DNA of 64,000 nt. Source: Somniosus microcephalus (Eukaryota). The stretch is taken from positions 407,526,001 through 407,590,000 of the forward strand of contig CM126202.1 in the NCBI GenBank assembly GCA_052327205.1, in the 5' to 3' direction. The translations under genes and the position numbers were made by a program. Positions 1 to 13,292 of the stretch are shown piece after piece. Each line of letters starts with the position of its first letter. Positions within the stretch are counted from its first letter, which is position 1. The notes under the pieces were generated by a model. The model made no database searches, had not been told where the DNA came from, and saw nothing but the letters and a program-made list of their open reading frames with translations.

Positions 1-199
1 AAACAGGCAAATAACATCACTATTTGCTGATATCATTACAGTAGCTAAAAGAAATGAAACCTGAACATTATAGAAGTGACACTAAACATTATAGAAGTGG
101 ACACTAAACCACTCACACTGCTTTTTACTTAAAGGGGAAGTACAACTAGTGGTGAGGGAGTGAGAAAATAAAGAACCAGCTCAGTTTTTTTCCCTGATC

Positions 200-520
200 T
201 TCTCTTAAAGGTGCTGGCTCCACTGGGGTTTTACAGAACTATGATACTTTACCCAAATGGTAATTCTTATCGGTGAGCATCTGCAGGCTGTTCGACCTGG
301 GTAGAATCACAGCGAGACCTATAGTGTTCTAACCTGACTCCTACACACATGTACTTTTCAACCAAAGTACTGGATACTGATCAGGAGCAGGAATCACAAC
401 TAATTTTTTTCCTCTCCCTCACCCAAGGGCACTGCTACCACCCGACTGAAATCAGCTAATTCAGCACAAATTAGGGTCTCTAATCTGGAACCTTCCTAGC
501 TGAACCATCAGGGAAACTTG
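200..520 (-). mobile_element. Ancient tRNA-derived SINE, degraded (same family as 37565-37915)
   Basis: Shares blocks (gatcaggagcaggaa, gaaatcagctaattcagcaca) with the reverse complement of the 37565 copy and about 8 other copies. Confidence 0.55.
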
Positions 521-1140
521 AATTCTAAGATTTAAATTAAGTCTTTCCCGCGTGTTTACATAAAAGAATGGATGCTGAAATACAGGTTTATCACTCATCG
601 CACATCACAATTGGAAACACGCCTTCACACAGGATGTAACACAGTCCACAGAGAGTTTTCAAACATTCACTAGACTGTTTTAACCCTGCAAGTGCTTCAA
701 GCTTTGTGCATCGGAGTGCGTCTCCGCATATCAGAGACAACTCAGTAACTGTCGTCAGCCACAGATGAGATCATCAGCATGGGCCATTAAAAATATTCCC
801 CCCAAAGAGAAAAAAATCCCCAAATTTTCCCATGCCCAATCAAAAACGGAACAGAAAGTCATAAACAGAGAAAAGAACAGACAAAAACAAGCTTTCTGTG
901 TAACAATTTAATGTGGGGTTGGAGGGTCCAGTGGGTGACCTTACAATGCTGACCTTTCACCTGCAGGATCTTGGTTTCAATGCTTGTTATAACATAATTT
1001 CAGGGAACTAAAAATTCACTTATTTGTTTAGTCATATCTGGTGAGTGAACACTAGCAGAACCTGAAAAACACAGCAGCCAAAGCCTAGTTACCTTGTTAT
1101 AACTGAAGGGTTAAAGGTGAGGGTGGAGGGAGTGGAGGTC

Positions 1141-1515
1141 ACCGGCGGCAGCAGCGAAAGCGGCCCTGGGTGGAGACTGAGCGCGGAGACCGAGGAGTTA
1201 AGGAGCGGGGAGCGAGAGCGGCCCAGACACACCGGCGGCAGCGGCGAGAGCGGCCCTGGGTGGAGACTGAGCGCGGAGACCAAGGAGTTAAGGAGCGGGA
1301 AGGGAGAGCGGCCCAGACACACCGGCAGCAGCAGCGAGAGTGGCTCTGGGTGGAGACTGAGCGCGGAGACCGAGGAGTTAAGGAGCGGGGAGCGAGAGCG
1401 GCCCAGACACACCGGTGGCAGCAGCAAGAGTGGCCCTGGGTGGAGACTGAGCGCAGAGGCTGAGGAGTTAAGGAGCGGGGAGAGAGAGAGCGGCCCAGAG
1501 TCACCGGCGGCAACA
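1141..1515 (+). repeat. 90-bp GC-rich tandem repeat (4+ copies) in the CR1 5' UTR
   Basis: accggYRgcagc unit starts at 1141, 1231, 1321, 1411 and partially at 1503. Confidence 0.95.
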
Positions 1516-1752
1516 GCGAGAAGTAAAAATTAATCAAAGTGTGACATCACCAGAAAGCAGGTAAGTAATTGGTTGGTGAGTATTTCTCTCTTTCTCGCTT
1601 TTTTCCAAACTTAATTCTTGTGGTTTATAGTTTCTAGGGTCTCTGTTGTGTAGCAGGGAGTGGAAGTAAACAAGGGCCCTTACATTTAATTGTAGTGTAA
1701 TTAATGGTATTGATTTGATTTAATTTAATTTGAATTAATTAAAGGATAAGTC

Positions 1753-2950
1753 ATGGCCGCACAGCTTGGACCGGTGGCATGCTCCTCCTGCACTATGTGG
1801 GAAATCAGGGACACTTCTTGTGTCCCTGACGACCATGTGTGCGGGAAGTGTATCCAGCTGCAGCTACTGACAATTCAATTCAATTTTATTTGTCATATGT
1901 AACTAGTACTAGTACAAGTACAATGGAATGCTTACTCCCCGTAGGGACACATCAGCTATTCTTACAGCGCCGTGTTCAGAAAGTCAATTCAATGGCATCC
2001 AGTGGCAGTGGGAACACGATGTCCCTCAGCCGCTCCATCCTCCTCATCACCGCGGCCTCCTCCTCAATGTTGCCGGCTCCATGTGTGGTGGCCTGCTTCT
2101 CCCGCTCACGATCCAACCTCTGACCACTCACAATCCAACCTCTGACCGCATTGCGGCGCTGGAGCTGCGAATGGATACATACTGGAGCATTCGCAATGCT
2201 GAGGACATCGTGAATAGCACGTTTAGGGAGTTGGTCACACCGCAGGTAAAGGCTGCACAGACAGGAAGGGAATGGGTGACCACCAGGCAGAGTAGTAGGT
2301 GCAGGCAGGTAGTGCAGGGGTCCCCTGTGGCCATCCCCCTTTCAAACAGATATACCACTTTGGATATTGTTGATGGTGATGGCTTATCGGGGAAGGCAGC
2401 AGCAGCCAACTTCCTGGCACCATGGGTGGACCTGCTGCACAGGACAGGAGGAAAAAGAGTGGGAGAGCTATAACGATAGGGGATTCGATAAGCGTTTCTG
2501 CGGCCGCAAACGAGACTCCAGGATGGTATGTTGCCTCCCTGGTGCAAGGGTCAAGGATGTCTCGGGGCAGCTGCAGGGCATTCTGGAGGGGGGGGGCATG
2601 AACAGCCAGTTGTCGTGGTGCATATAGGTACCAACGATATAGGTAAAAAACAGGATGAGGTCCTAAAAGCTGAATTTAGGAAGTTAGGAGGTAAATTAAA
2701 AAATAGGACCTCAAAGGTAGTAATCTCAGGATTGCTACCAGTGCCACGTGCTAGTCAGAGTAGAAATAGAAGGATATTTCATATGAATACGTGGCTAGAG
2801 GAATGGTGCAAGGGGGAGGGATTCAAATTCCTGGGACATTGGAACCGGTTCTGGGGAAGGAGGGACCAGTACAAACTGGACGGTTTACACCTGGGCCAGA
2901 CCGGAACAGATGTCCTGCGGGGGGGGGGGGGGGGAAAGAGTGTTTGCTAG
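1753..2950 (+). pseudogene. CR1 ORF1 (CxxC..CxxC zinc finger + SGNH/GDSL esterase), disrupted
   Basis: ATG 1753 MAAQLGPVACSSC...VCGKC; esterase motifs VVVHIGTNDIG and DGLHL; insertion at 1872-2141 and frameshifts. Confidence 0.85.
1872..2141 (-). mobile_element. Short retroposon 3' fragment with AATAAA + (TTGAA)n tail inserted in CR1 ORF1
   Basis: caattcaattcaattttatttgtca at the left end; interrupts QLL|..DRIAALE; ctgac on both sides. Confidence 0.6.
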
Positions 2951-3149
2951 TGCTGTTGGGAGGGTGTAAACAAAAATGGCAGGGGGTTGGGAACCTGTGC
3001 AGGGAGAGAGAGGGGAAAGGGAAGCAAGGATAGAAACAAAAGACAGGAAGGAGAAAAGCAAAAGTGGAAGGCAGAGAAATCAAGGGTGTAAATCAAACAG
3101 GGCCACAGTACATAATAATTCTAAAAGGACTAAGAGTGTTAAAAAATCA

Positions 3150-5965
3150 AGCCTGAAGTGTCTTAATGCGAGGAGCATTCATAATAAGGTGGATGAATTA
3201 GCTGCGCAAATAGATATAAACGGATATGATATAATTGGGATTACGGAGACATGGCTCCAGGGTGAACAAGACTGGGATTTCAACATCCAGGGGTATTCAA
3301 TATTCAGCATGGACAGGAAAAAAGGAAAAAGGGTGGGGTAGCATTGCTGGTTAAAGAGATTAACACAACAGTAAGGAAGGATATTAGCTCTGATGATGTG
3401 GAATCTGTATGGGCAGAGCTGAGAAATACCAAGGGGCAGAAAACATTAGTGGGAGTTGTATTCAGGCCTCCAAACAGTAATGCTGAGGTTGGGGATGGCA
3501 TTAAACCAGAAATTAGAGATGCGTGCAATAAGGGCACAGCATTTATCATGGGTGACTTTAATCTACATATAGATTGGGCTATCCAAATTAGTAACAATAC
3601 TGTGGAGGAGGAATTCCTGGAGTGTATACGGGATGGTTTCCTGGACTAATATGTCGAGGAACCAACTGGAGATCAGGCCATCTTAGACTGGGTATTATGT
3701 AATGAGAAAGGATTCATTAGCAATCTTCTTGTGCGAGGCCCCTTGGGGAGGAGCGATCATAATACGATAGAATTCTTCATTAAAATGGAGAGTGAAGTAG
3801 TTGACTCAGAGACTAGGGTCCTAAATTTAAATAAAGGAAACTATGATGGTATGAGGCATGAGTTGGCTAGGATGGATTAGGGAACGTTACTTAAAAGGGT
3901 TGACGGTGGATAGGCAATGGCAAACATTTAAAGATCGCATGGATGAACTACAGAATTTGTTCATCCCTGTTTGGTATAAAAATAAAACAAAAAGGGTGAC
4001 TCAACCGTGGCTAACAAGGGAAATTAGGGATAGCATAAGATGCAAGGAGAGGACATATAATTTGGCCAGAAAAAGCAGCAAACCTGAGGATTGGGAGTAG
4101 TTTAGGATTCAGCAAAGGAGGACAAAGGGATTAATAAAGAGGGGGGGAAATAGATTATGAGAGTAAGCTTGCAGGGATCATAAAAACTGACTGTAAAAGC
4201 TTTTATAGATATGTGAAGAGAAAAAGATTGGTGAAGTCAAGCGTGGGTCCCTTGCAGTCAGAATCAGGGGAATTTATAATGGGGAACAAAGAAATGGCAG
4301 ACCAACTAAATACATACTTTGGTTCTGTCTTCACAAAGGAGGACACAAATGACCTCCAAGAGACGTCGGGGAACATAGAGTCTAATGAGAGGGAGGAATT
4401 GAATGAAATCAGTATTTGTAGGGAAATGGTGTTAGGGAAATTGACGGGATTGAAGGCCAATAAATCCCCAGGGCCTGATAATCTACATCCTAGGGTACTT
4501 AAAGAAGTGGCCCTAGAAATAGTAGATGCATTGCTGGTCATCTTTCAAAATTCTATAGACTCTGGAACAGTTCCCATGGATTGGAGGGTAGCTAATGTTA
4601 CCCCACTGTTCAAAAAAGGTGGTAGAGAGAAAACGGGGAATTATAGACCGGTAAGCCTGATATCGGTAGTGGGGAAAATGCTAGAGTCCATTATAAAAGA
4701 TGTAACAGCAGAGCACTTGGAAAACAGTGACAGGATCGGACAAAGTCAACATGGATTTACAAAAGGTAAATCATGCTTGACTAATCTACTGGAATTTTTT
4801 GAGGATGTAACTGGTAGAATAGATAAGGGAGAACCAGTGGATGTGGTGTATTTGGACTTTCAGAAGGCTTTCGATAAGGTCCCGCTTAAGAGATTAGCGT
4901 GCAAAGTTAAAGCACATGGGATTGGGGGTAAGGTACTGTCTTGGACAGAGAACTGGTTGGCAGACAGGAAGCAAAGAGTTGGAATAAACGGGTCTTTTTC
5001 CGAGTGGCAGGCAGCGACTAGTGGGGTACCGCAGGGATCGGTGCTAGGACCCCAGCTATTCACAACATATATATAAATGATCTAGACGAGGGAACTAGAT
5101 GTAATATCTCCAAGTTTGGAGACGACACAAAGCTGGGTGGGCGTGTGTGCTGTGAGGAGGATTCAGAGAAACTCCAATATGATTTGGATAGGTTGGGTGA
5201 TTGGGCAGATGCATGGCAAATGCAGTATAACGTGGATAAATGCAAGGTTATCCACTTCGGTGGCAAAAATAGGAAGACAGATTATTATCTGAACGGCAAT
5301 AGATTGGGAAAAGGGGAAGTGCAATGAGATCTGGGTGTCCTTGTGCACCAGTTGCTGAAAGTAAGCATGCAGGTGCAGCAGGCGGTTAAGAAGGCAAATG
5401 GTATGTTGGCCTTCATAGCGAGAGGATTCGAGTACAGGAGCAAGGATGTCTTGCTGCAGTTGTACAGGGCCTTGGTGAGACCATACCTTGAGTACTGTGT
5501 GCAGTTTTGGTCGTTTTGGTCGCCTTATCTGAGGAAGGATGTTCTTGCCATGGAGAGAGTGCAGCGAAGATTCACCAGACGGATACCTGGGATGGCAGGA
5601 ATGACGTATGAGGAGAGATTGGGTCGATTAGGCTTATATTCGCTAGAGTTTAGAAGAATGAGAGGGGCTCTCATTGAAACTTATAAAATTCTAACAGGAC
5701 TTGACAGACTAGATGCAGGAAGGATGTTCCTGATGGCGGGGGAGTCCAGAACCAGGGGTCACAGTATAAGGATAAGGGGTAAGCCATTTAGGACTGAGAT
5801 GAGGAGGAATTTCTTCACCCAGAGAGAGTGATGAACCTGCGGAATTCTCTACCACACAGGGCAGTTGAGGCCAATTCATTAAATATATTCAAGAAGGAGT
5901 TGGAAATATTTCTTGAGGCTAAAGGGATCAAGGGATATGGAGAGAAGGCAGGAACAGGGTACTGA
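3150..5965 (+). pseudogene. CR1 ORF2 endonuclease-reverse transcriptase, fragmented
   Basis: APE motifs NARSI, GITETW, MGDFN; RT motifs KSPGPD, YLDFQKAFD, GVPQGSVLGP; C-terminal LEYCVQFWSP. Confidence 0.92.
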
Positions 5966-6059
5966 ATTTGGATGATCAGCCATGATCTCATTAAATGGTG
6001 GAGCGGGCTCGAGGGGCCGAATTCACTACTCCTGCTCCTATCTTCTATGTTTCTATGTA

Positions 6060-6450
6060 AATGGAGAGAGTATTATAATGGAGAGCCTTATATTGCGGGT
6101 GGTATGTAACCAAAGGAGTGTTGTGTTATAATAGCTGTGGCGTGTAACCAAAAGTGTTATATTGAGGGTGGTGTGTAACAAAGAGAGCTTCATAACCATA
6201 AGTGAGCCACAACTACGTGTATTATAACCGAGTGTCTTACACTGAGGACAAAGTGTAACAGAGTAAGTTATACGCCTTATAATGAGGGTGGATTTAACAG
6301 AGTGTTATAACTAACAGCCATATAATGTGGGTGGAGTATGTAATGGAGATAGTTATAACTGACAACCTTACAATGAAGATGGGTGTACCAAGAGTGCTGT
6401 AACTGAGAGCTCTATGATGTGGGGGTATAATAGAGCATGCTATAACGGAC
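6060..6450. repeat. Degenerate ~45-bp minisatellite (gtgttataactgagagccttataatgagggtgg-like)
   Basis: Motif recurs; a matching unit at 1094-1125 suggests the CR1 inserted into this array. Confidence 0.6.
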
Positions 6451-7194
6451 AGCATTGGGAGTCGATCTTAATCCTACCCAGCAGGTGAGTGGTTAAAAAC
6501 GAGCAGGTTACTTACCCACTCAGATCTGGACCATTTGCAATGTTAACATCCAGAGTTTTGCAGGTAGATGAGGCGCATGCCTGAAACAGGTGGGAGCCTC
6601 GTATATTTATGCAAACCGGGGTCCTGTACATCAATACCCCGATGCAATTTTAACCAGGGCTTGACTGGGGACGTGCCTTTCCCACTAGGGAGAAGCAGAT
6701 CTGCAGCTGGTGCAAAGACAGAAGAGGCCTTTTTGGCAAGTCTAAAACCTCTCTCTGTGGCAGCAGGAGAAGCAGGAGTGTCCGGCGGTTAAAATCACTG
6801 AACTCCTGCTGCCTCTGCCAGGCAGAAAATTACCTCACCAGAAACCCGCTTCGAGTCAAAATCCACCTCGTGGTATAATTTATGTAAGCCATATTTGTGG
6901 CTAAGAATTCAATTTTGTTTGGTTTTGCAATTAAGCATTATGGCTTCGATTTCCCAATTCCCATTCCACCAGTGGAAGTGCAGCAGATATGCACATCTAC
7001 TCATGGATCCCGCCACTGACCTCGCCAGATTTCCCGGGGTCAGTGCTTTTACATAATTATCAGAAGGTTCCCGCTGATTGAGCGCAAGTGCCTGTAGGAG
7101 TGGAAACTCAGATGTTGCTACAGGTTTTAAAAGCCATTGTTAGCTTAAGGATGATGGAACAGCAGAAGGAATATGGGAGAGGAGGTGAGGAGTT

Positions 7195-7830
7195 ATGACA
7201 GCTGGAAGACCTGCAGAAAATAGAGCATTAAACTTCACTAACTCCCAGATAAACGTCCTCTTGGAAGCAATGAGGGCAAGGCAGGCACAACCTTTTGGTG
7301 CACAGGGCAAGAGACACATTGAGGACACACTGGAAGGAGAAGCAGTTAGTACCGCCTCCACCACGTTCAGATTAGCAACTCAGTACCAACAAAATTGTAA
7401 TCGCTTGGCCAGAATGGGTAAGGTAAGTGCATGACCCACCTCATTAAATGTTGCCCAAGCAGCACCTTGTATGTTGGCCTCTTGGCACAATCCGTGTCTC
7501 AGTGTAGCATGTGCTGCCTGTAGTGAAGCACTAAGACTCACCCCAGCTGGATAATGCCTAATCCCCAGCAACCCACGTGCTTCCCATTTAAACTGCACTC
7601 CGAGCCCTACGAGTGGCATAGTTATGAGTCTTGAAGTTTGCATATAGTCAATGGGTGCCTTTCCAAATTCCCACGACATAAAACCAGGATGTTATCATAT
7701 GACCTAGGCTACATTTGCATTACAGGAAAAGACACCACATAATGCAAAATTAGTCCACAGGGAGAGTGACGAGTTGATCCCCAAATAGGGGGAGGGACTC
7801 AGCATCATAGGACGTCCAGTGACGGGAGCT
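7195..7830 (+). pseudogene. Harbinger Myb/SANT-like DNA-binding protein, degenerate, 2 exons
   Basis: RALNFTNSQINVLLEAM...NRLARMGK then gtaagt donor; acceptor ttacag then EKTPHNA at ~7725. Confidence 0.6.
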
Positions 7831-8140
7831 GAAGAGGTTGGTAGGCCAGTGTCAGAAATAGGTTTGCACATAAATGAAACACTTCTGGCCTCTAAAGCTT
7901 CAGCAGACAAAATGTGCCTTCAGCACGTTGTGATTGGACTGCACTCTGAAAGATTCAGAGGAGCTCAGTGGTGAAAGGCCTCAGATTCATTTGTTGCTCT
8001 GTCCTCCATCCAGATGAAATGCATCCAGATGTGGCTAATGCCATGGAGCAAGAGCAGCACTCCCACTCTAGTTACCAACCCACCAGAACACCATGAGCAA
8101 ACATTACCATTTCAAGTGCAAGGTTATAGACAAGCACCTA

Positions 8141-8723
8141 GGGTGAAAAAATTAAGTCGCGCTCCCTTTGGGGTGCTAACTTCGCCGGGGCACTACTTTT
8201 AAAGTTAGCGCCCCCTGCACCATAAATTAAGAGGTAGCGCCCCAAGCAGGATGCAGGGCACTACAGGAAGCGCTCCCCCTCCTTCCTGGGGCGCAGTATT
8301 ACAGGCCTCCCTCCCCTGATTAAAGGGGAGGAGCCTAGCACAGCACGCACCGGGGCCCTGCTGAACCACCAGGGAGCGGGGTACCGGGAAAACAGCCCAG
8401 CGCTCAAGAGGAGCCGGCACCCCGCATGAGGAAGTGGGAGGGGGCAGGTGCTGGCAGGCGGCCCAAAAAAAAGGCCGCCCGGCACCTGCCCTTTAATTAG
8501 CGCTGCCACAGCCGCAAAAACACCACCCTGACCCTGTTGGACATATCGTCTGGCGGTAGGTCAGGGGCCGCAACCGAAGTTTGCGATGACATCATCGCCG
8601 GAGGCGCAGCGCCACAGGGCGCTACCGGCTACTGCCACCGCTGACCTCCCGCTGAATTTCACGGGAGGCGTTAGCGACGCCACACCCAGGCGCCAGAGGC
8701 GCAAAGCAACCCAATTATTCCCC
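8141..8723. mobile_element. GC-rich Harbinger-type MITE
   Basis: Imperfect TIRs gggtgaaaaaatt / aattattcccc; internal similarity to the 51342 MITE (gatgacatcatcg, gcgctaccggcta). Confidence 0.6.
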
Positions 8724-9869
8724 ATAGGGCTTTTAGACGAGTGAGAAGGAAGAGAATGCAATGGGTGATACACAATTCACAAATGTCAGGAGGAAGTGGG
8801 GTTGGGGGAGGGGGGGGAAATGGAGGAAAATGATATGGCATCTTTGATTGGAGATGTCAGACTTTGGCTGAGTTGCTTCAGGACACAGATTTCATGGGCC
8901 ATGCTTTCAAATGAAGGAAACTTCTAGAGCATTGAACCCATGTGCAAGCACGGAAGAATCTCTCCAAAAATGTGCAGAATCTGTCTGGTATTCTAGAGGA
9001 GTCCATTACCAGCATGTGAAGCACCACTGGGGGGGGGGGGGGGTTCCTCATTGCACCATTGCCTGGCGAAGATGATAACTTAGAGACCTGCAGAGGATGT
9101 CCGCATGAATGAAACCTCTGGAGCAATGTCTGCTTATTGAGACGCACCTCACACTGCTATCATGGAGGCCTTGGGTGTTTACATTAAGAGACATATAGAT
9201 AGGGTTTTCTCAACTCAGACCATTCGGGCTGCCTTCCAGCAATCACTGGCCCACTGGAGAATATGCCCAGCACTAGTGCCCTGGCAGGCAGGTCTTCACA
9301 AGATCTAGCTTTCTCTCAAGAATTCAGATCCATTGAGTCTCTATCAGGTCCCCTGATGCTGTGTGGCAACAGTAGGATCAGGTTGCACCCCTCGTCTGAT
9401 TTGGAGATGCAATCTGCATGTTTGTCCTTCTCAGGACAGTGGCTGTCAAAGATATCATCCAATTCAGTCCCAGGAGGCTCAAAGATACAAAGAACAGTTG
9501 GCCATCCCCTCCAACTCAGTCACTCAAGTGACAACTACAAGATGTTCACAGTTAGCAAAAGGTTGTATGGCATGAAGAGGCAGAAAGGGGAAGTGCTATG
9601 GTGAAGATTGGGGAATTTTTGTGGTACATGATATATTTACATAATAAATTCAGGTGACTATGTTTCTACTTTTACATTTTAACAGTACTGAGTATTGTGA
9701 TAAAGGGAGATGATGTGTTACTAGGAAATTCCACAAAATTATAAAGTTGAGCATTCAATGTTGTAGAAAGATGTAATCAAGCACAAATATTGGGCTCTGG
9801 GTATATCCATGAATATATACATTCATTACTTATTTTCATGACAATGTTTTTTTTTTTTAAACAGAGCAC

Positions 9870-10560
9870 TTCTGACATTTCTCAGGCCAGGCACTAGATT
9901 ATCCTGTGGATCATTCTCATTATCATGCTCATCAACATCTACTACCACATCTTCCTCCCTTTCCTGCAGCAGTTTGTCCTCCTCATCCAGCTGGACTCTT
10001 CTCAAATGCATAATTATGCAGGATACTGAAGGCAATGCCCATCATCAATACTAATGTTGGAGTATAGTGTACAGCATCATCAGACGTACCCAGAAGGCAG
10101 AATTGTAGTTTCAGCATTCCAAAGATGAGCTCTAATAGGACTCTAGTGTATGTATGGGCCTTGTTCCACTCCTCAGCATTACTGTGAGAAATTCTGAGCC
10201 AGGTTTGCAGAGGGTGCTCCTTATCCAAAAAGCCATCTGTTAGTCTTCTTCTGATTGGCAAAAAGACCTAGCGCAGAGGGCTGACTCATTATAACTGCAT
10301 CACTCTAACTGCCTCATGTTGACGTGCAGGATCACATGCCTGTGGTCACAAACTAGCCGCACATATAGAGAATGGTATTCCTTCCTGTTGATGTAAGCCA
10401 CCGTATCTTCTGCTGGTGCTTTGGAATCCTGCTACTTGGAAAAGGTCTCTCAGATTGGGAAGCTGCCTCCATGGAGATTGAAATGAACTGGGCAGCTCTA
10501 ATGAACATTGCATCAGTCACCTGCCAATTGCAATAGTGGACCACTGACTGAAATGTTGCA
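9870..10560 (-). pseudogene. HARBI1-like transposase C-terminal remnant
   Basis: LDKEHPLQTWL...EEWNKAHTYTRVLLELIFGMLKLQFC...ILHN resembles the PIF/Harbinger DDE C-terminus. Confidence 0.7.
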
Positions 10561-10575
10561 GAAATCCCCTGCACT

Positions 10576-11670
10576 GGAACATACGAACAATGATGGACAG
10601 GTAAAGACCATCTGGTCTATCGAGCCTGTCCCACACAATTACAATACCTTGTGTATCACAACATATACACTCCATCCCACCTAAAACCATGTGATCTCCT
10701 GGGAGAGGCAAAAAATTTTTTTTTTTAAACCCAGGCCAATTTGGGGGGAAAAAATCTGGGAAATTTCTCTCTGACCCATCTAGGCAATTGAAAGGGCCCT
10801 GGTGAGACCACACCTGGAGTATTGTGTACAGTTTTGGTCTCCTTACCTAAGGAAGGATATACTTGCCATAGAGGGAATGCAACGAAGGTTCACCAGACTG
10901 ATTCCTGGGATAATGGGATTGTCCTATGAGGAGAGATTGAGTAGACTAGGCCTATATTCTCTGGAGTTTAGAAGAATGAGAGGTGATCTCATTGAAACAT
11001 ACAAAATTCTTACAGGGCTTGACAGGGTAGATGCATGGAGGATGTTTCCCCTGGCTGGGGAGTCGAGAACCAGGGGTCACAGTCTCAGAATAAGGGGTCG
11101 GCCATTTAGGACTGAGATGAGGAGAAATTTCTTCACTCAGAGGGTGGTGAATCTTTGGAATTCTCTACCCCAGAGGGCTGTGGAGACTCAGTCGTTGAGT
11201 GTATTCAAGACAGTGATCGATAGAGTTTTGGATATTAAGGGAATCAAGGGATATGGGATAGTGCAGGAAAGTGGAGATGAGGTAGAAGATCAGCCATGAT
11301 CTTACTGAATGGCAGAGCTGGCTCGAAGGGCCAAATGGCCTACTCCTGCACCTATTTCTTATGTTCTTATGAAACTAGTCCAGGAGATCACTCTGGCCCT
11401 GAATTCCTTGCAGTACCTACCTTCTGTAAGAGGTGATCTCCGCCCCAGCCAGAAACAGGTCCAGCTCTCGCCTGAAAGAATTCAGCGAGCCCGCGCCACC
11501 GCTCGAGACGGCAGCCTACTCCAGAGGTTCACTATTCTCTGGGAAAAGAACCACCTCCTGACATCTAACCTAGATCTGGCCTTATACAACTTAAATTTGT
11601 GATCCCTGGTCCTCCCTAACCTATTTAATAGAAACAAACTGTCAGCTGGAACACAATCTATTCCCTTCAT
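10576..11670 (-). mobile_element. CR1 3' fragment (second family), interrupted by the 10794-11370 insertion
   Basis: RTRDHKFKL..RRWFFSQRIVNLW at 11482-11670; tail at ~10576; tgaaa duplicated around the nested insert. Confidence 0.75.
10794..11370 (+). mobile_element. 5'-truncated CR1 3' end
   Basis: ORF 10802-11299 = ORF2 C-terminus; tail ttcttatgttctta. Confidence 0.92.
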
Positions 11671-11824
11671 ATGTGCAAAATGTCATCTCCATGGACAAAG
11701 CACTGGAATTCCTTGAAGATGACTTCAGGTCAGGTTCCAGGAACCTGCATAATACTTGAAGCACATCTTTTGTGCATTTGAGTCTCCTCAGGCACTGTTC
11801 TTATACAGCTGAAGATAAGAGTTC

Positions 11825-12068
11825 TGTCATGAATCTTATCATTCATGAAGAAATGACTCATGAAATAACACTGGGCAGCCAGCTGGTGGCGCCGTCCAAG
11901 GAGTATAAATACTCAGGCGTGGGCCCAGCTTGCCCAGGACATTTTTGTAACCAGGAACTAGTGATGTAACTAGAATCTCATGGTTGTGAAACAGTTGATT
12001 AAAGCCTTGTTTTATACTCAACCAAGTGCTTAATGAGTTTTCTTACACCAAGTTCTATGCTATGTACA
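11825..12068 (+). mobile_element. Probable solo LTR
   Basis: TG...CA ends, TATA (gagtataaatactc), ATTAAA; second copy at 47482-47723. Confidence 0.65.
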
Positions 12069-12316
12069 GTCTGGTGGCTGGATAACTCCTTAACCTCCTC
12101 AGTCCCCTTTGATATAGCCAGAACCTTCTCTGGCCCTATTGCTCTTCCTCGTTATGATGATAGAAGGCCATATAAAGAGGAATACCCAAAGGTAATGTCA
12201 TGCTTTCTGGCACCTCAAAGGAAATTTCCTCTAATAAGATATTGCAGATTACTTTAAAACCCTTCCACCCCAAATTCACAGCTTTAGGCCTCAGTAGTAA
12301 TGAGCCTTAAGATAAA

Positions 12317-13292
12317 GGCCTAGAAATTCAGATGGTTTGCGCCACCCGTTACCACCATGAATTGGTAAAAAAAAGTAAACCAGCGCTTTTCCGCCAGCTG
12401 GTGGCAGGTCCCATGGCAGCAGCCATTTTTCGGTAGGTCGCCAGCACTGCCGTTACCTGCCATCGGCGAAAGTATTTTAATGAGCCGGAGTGTGACATGA
12501 AATGGCGTACAACGCCGAGTTGACGCCAGCTCATCTGTTTTGGAGTTCACTGCACCCACTGCCGCCCACTCTAAATCACACCAGTGAGTGCTGTTGCTGA
12601 AAGATGTTTCAGCAGCGTTAACAGCCATGAGGTGTTTGACAGGACTTAGGAGGATGGACGCTGACAAGTGGAAAACACCTCAGATTGATGCCAGAACTTC
12701 AAACGTCTCCTTTGCCAAGGTTATTCTTCAAAACTTTCAATTTTTGCTCACCCCCTAGCAAATCTGGACTCAACTGCTTAAGATTTTAAAGAATCATAAA
12801 TAATTTATTCAAAATTCCATAGCCAATTATTAATCAAATAATAATATTGTGTCGAGTATGTAAGACCCACTAAATGCTGCCATGATGACTACACATTTAA
12901 ACACTTTCAAGAGTAACCAATGGGGAAAGATTAGTGTGACAGAGAACACAGATGCATTCATTCCATAAACTATTAAAAAATCCACCAACATCGGGTGGCA
13001 GCTAATATTTTTGGAGCAAGTACAGCAACTGTTCGGGACGCTCCTTTCTTCCCGCTCCCCTACACTGCAAGCGGGAGACAGAGGTGATCTTTGGCCTCCT
13101 TCTGAGATTAGCGCAGCAAAGAGCGCGTTCCACTAGAAAATCACTGCCACACTAGAAAATCACCGCCACGCTGATGTTAATGAGCAGACAGTGCCAAAAT
13201 GCCGGTACTGCCTGTGGTCTCTCAGCTGGCGGCCGTTATCCTTGGCCGCCAATGTTACCGGCAGGTTTCCAGCATTCCCCAATTTCTAGGCC
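12317..13292. mobile_element. Harbinger-type non-autonomous element
   Basis: Perfect 12-bp TIR ggcctagaaatt / aatttctaggcc, the same TIR as 51342-52039. Confidence 0.75.

Larger units (their letters stand above)
1127..6058 (+). mobile_element. Near full-length CR1-clade LINE (HER1-like), inactive
   Basis: 5' tandem array, ORF1 (Zn finger + SGNH esterase), ORF2 (APE + RT) broken by stops and frameshifts, CR1-type 3' UTR and (ttctatgt)n tail at ~6043-6058. Confidence 0.95.
6940..12250. mobile_element. Decayed autonomous PIF/Harbinger transposon (Myb gene +, transposase -), with nested insertions; boundaries approximate
   Basis: Convergent Myb/SANT remnant (7195) and HARBI1-like DDE remnant (9870-10300). 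Confidence 0.7.

Noticed and set aside
1089-1537. Overlapping ORFs with repeated peptides
   Set aside because: Produced by the 90-bp tandem repeat.
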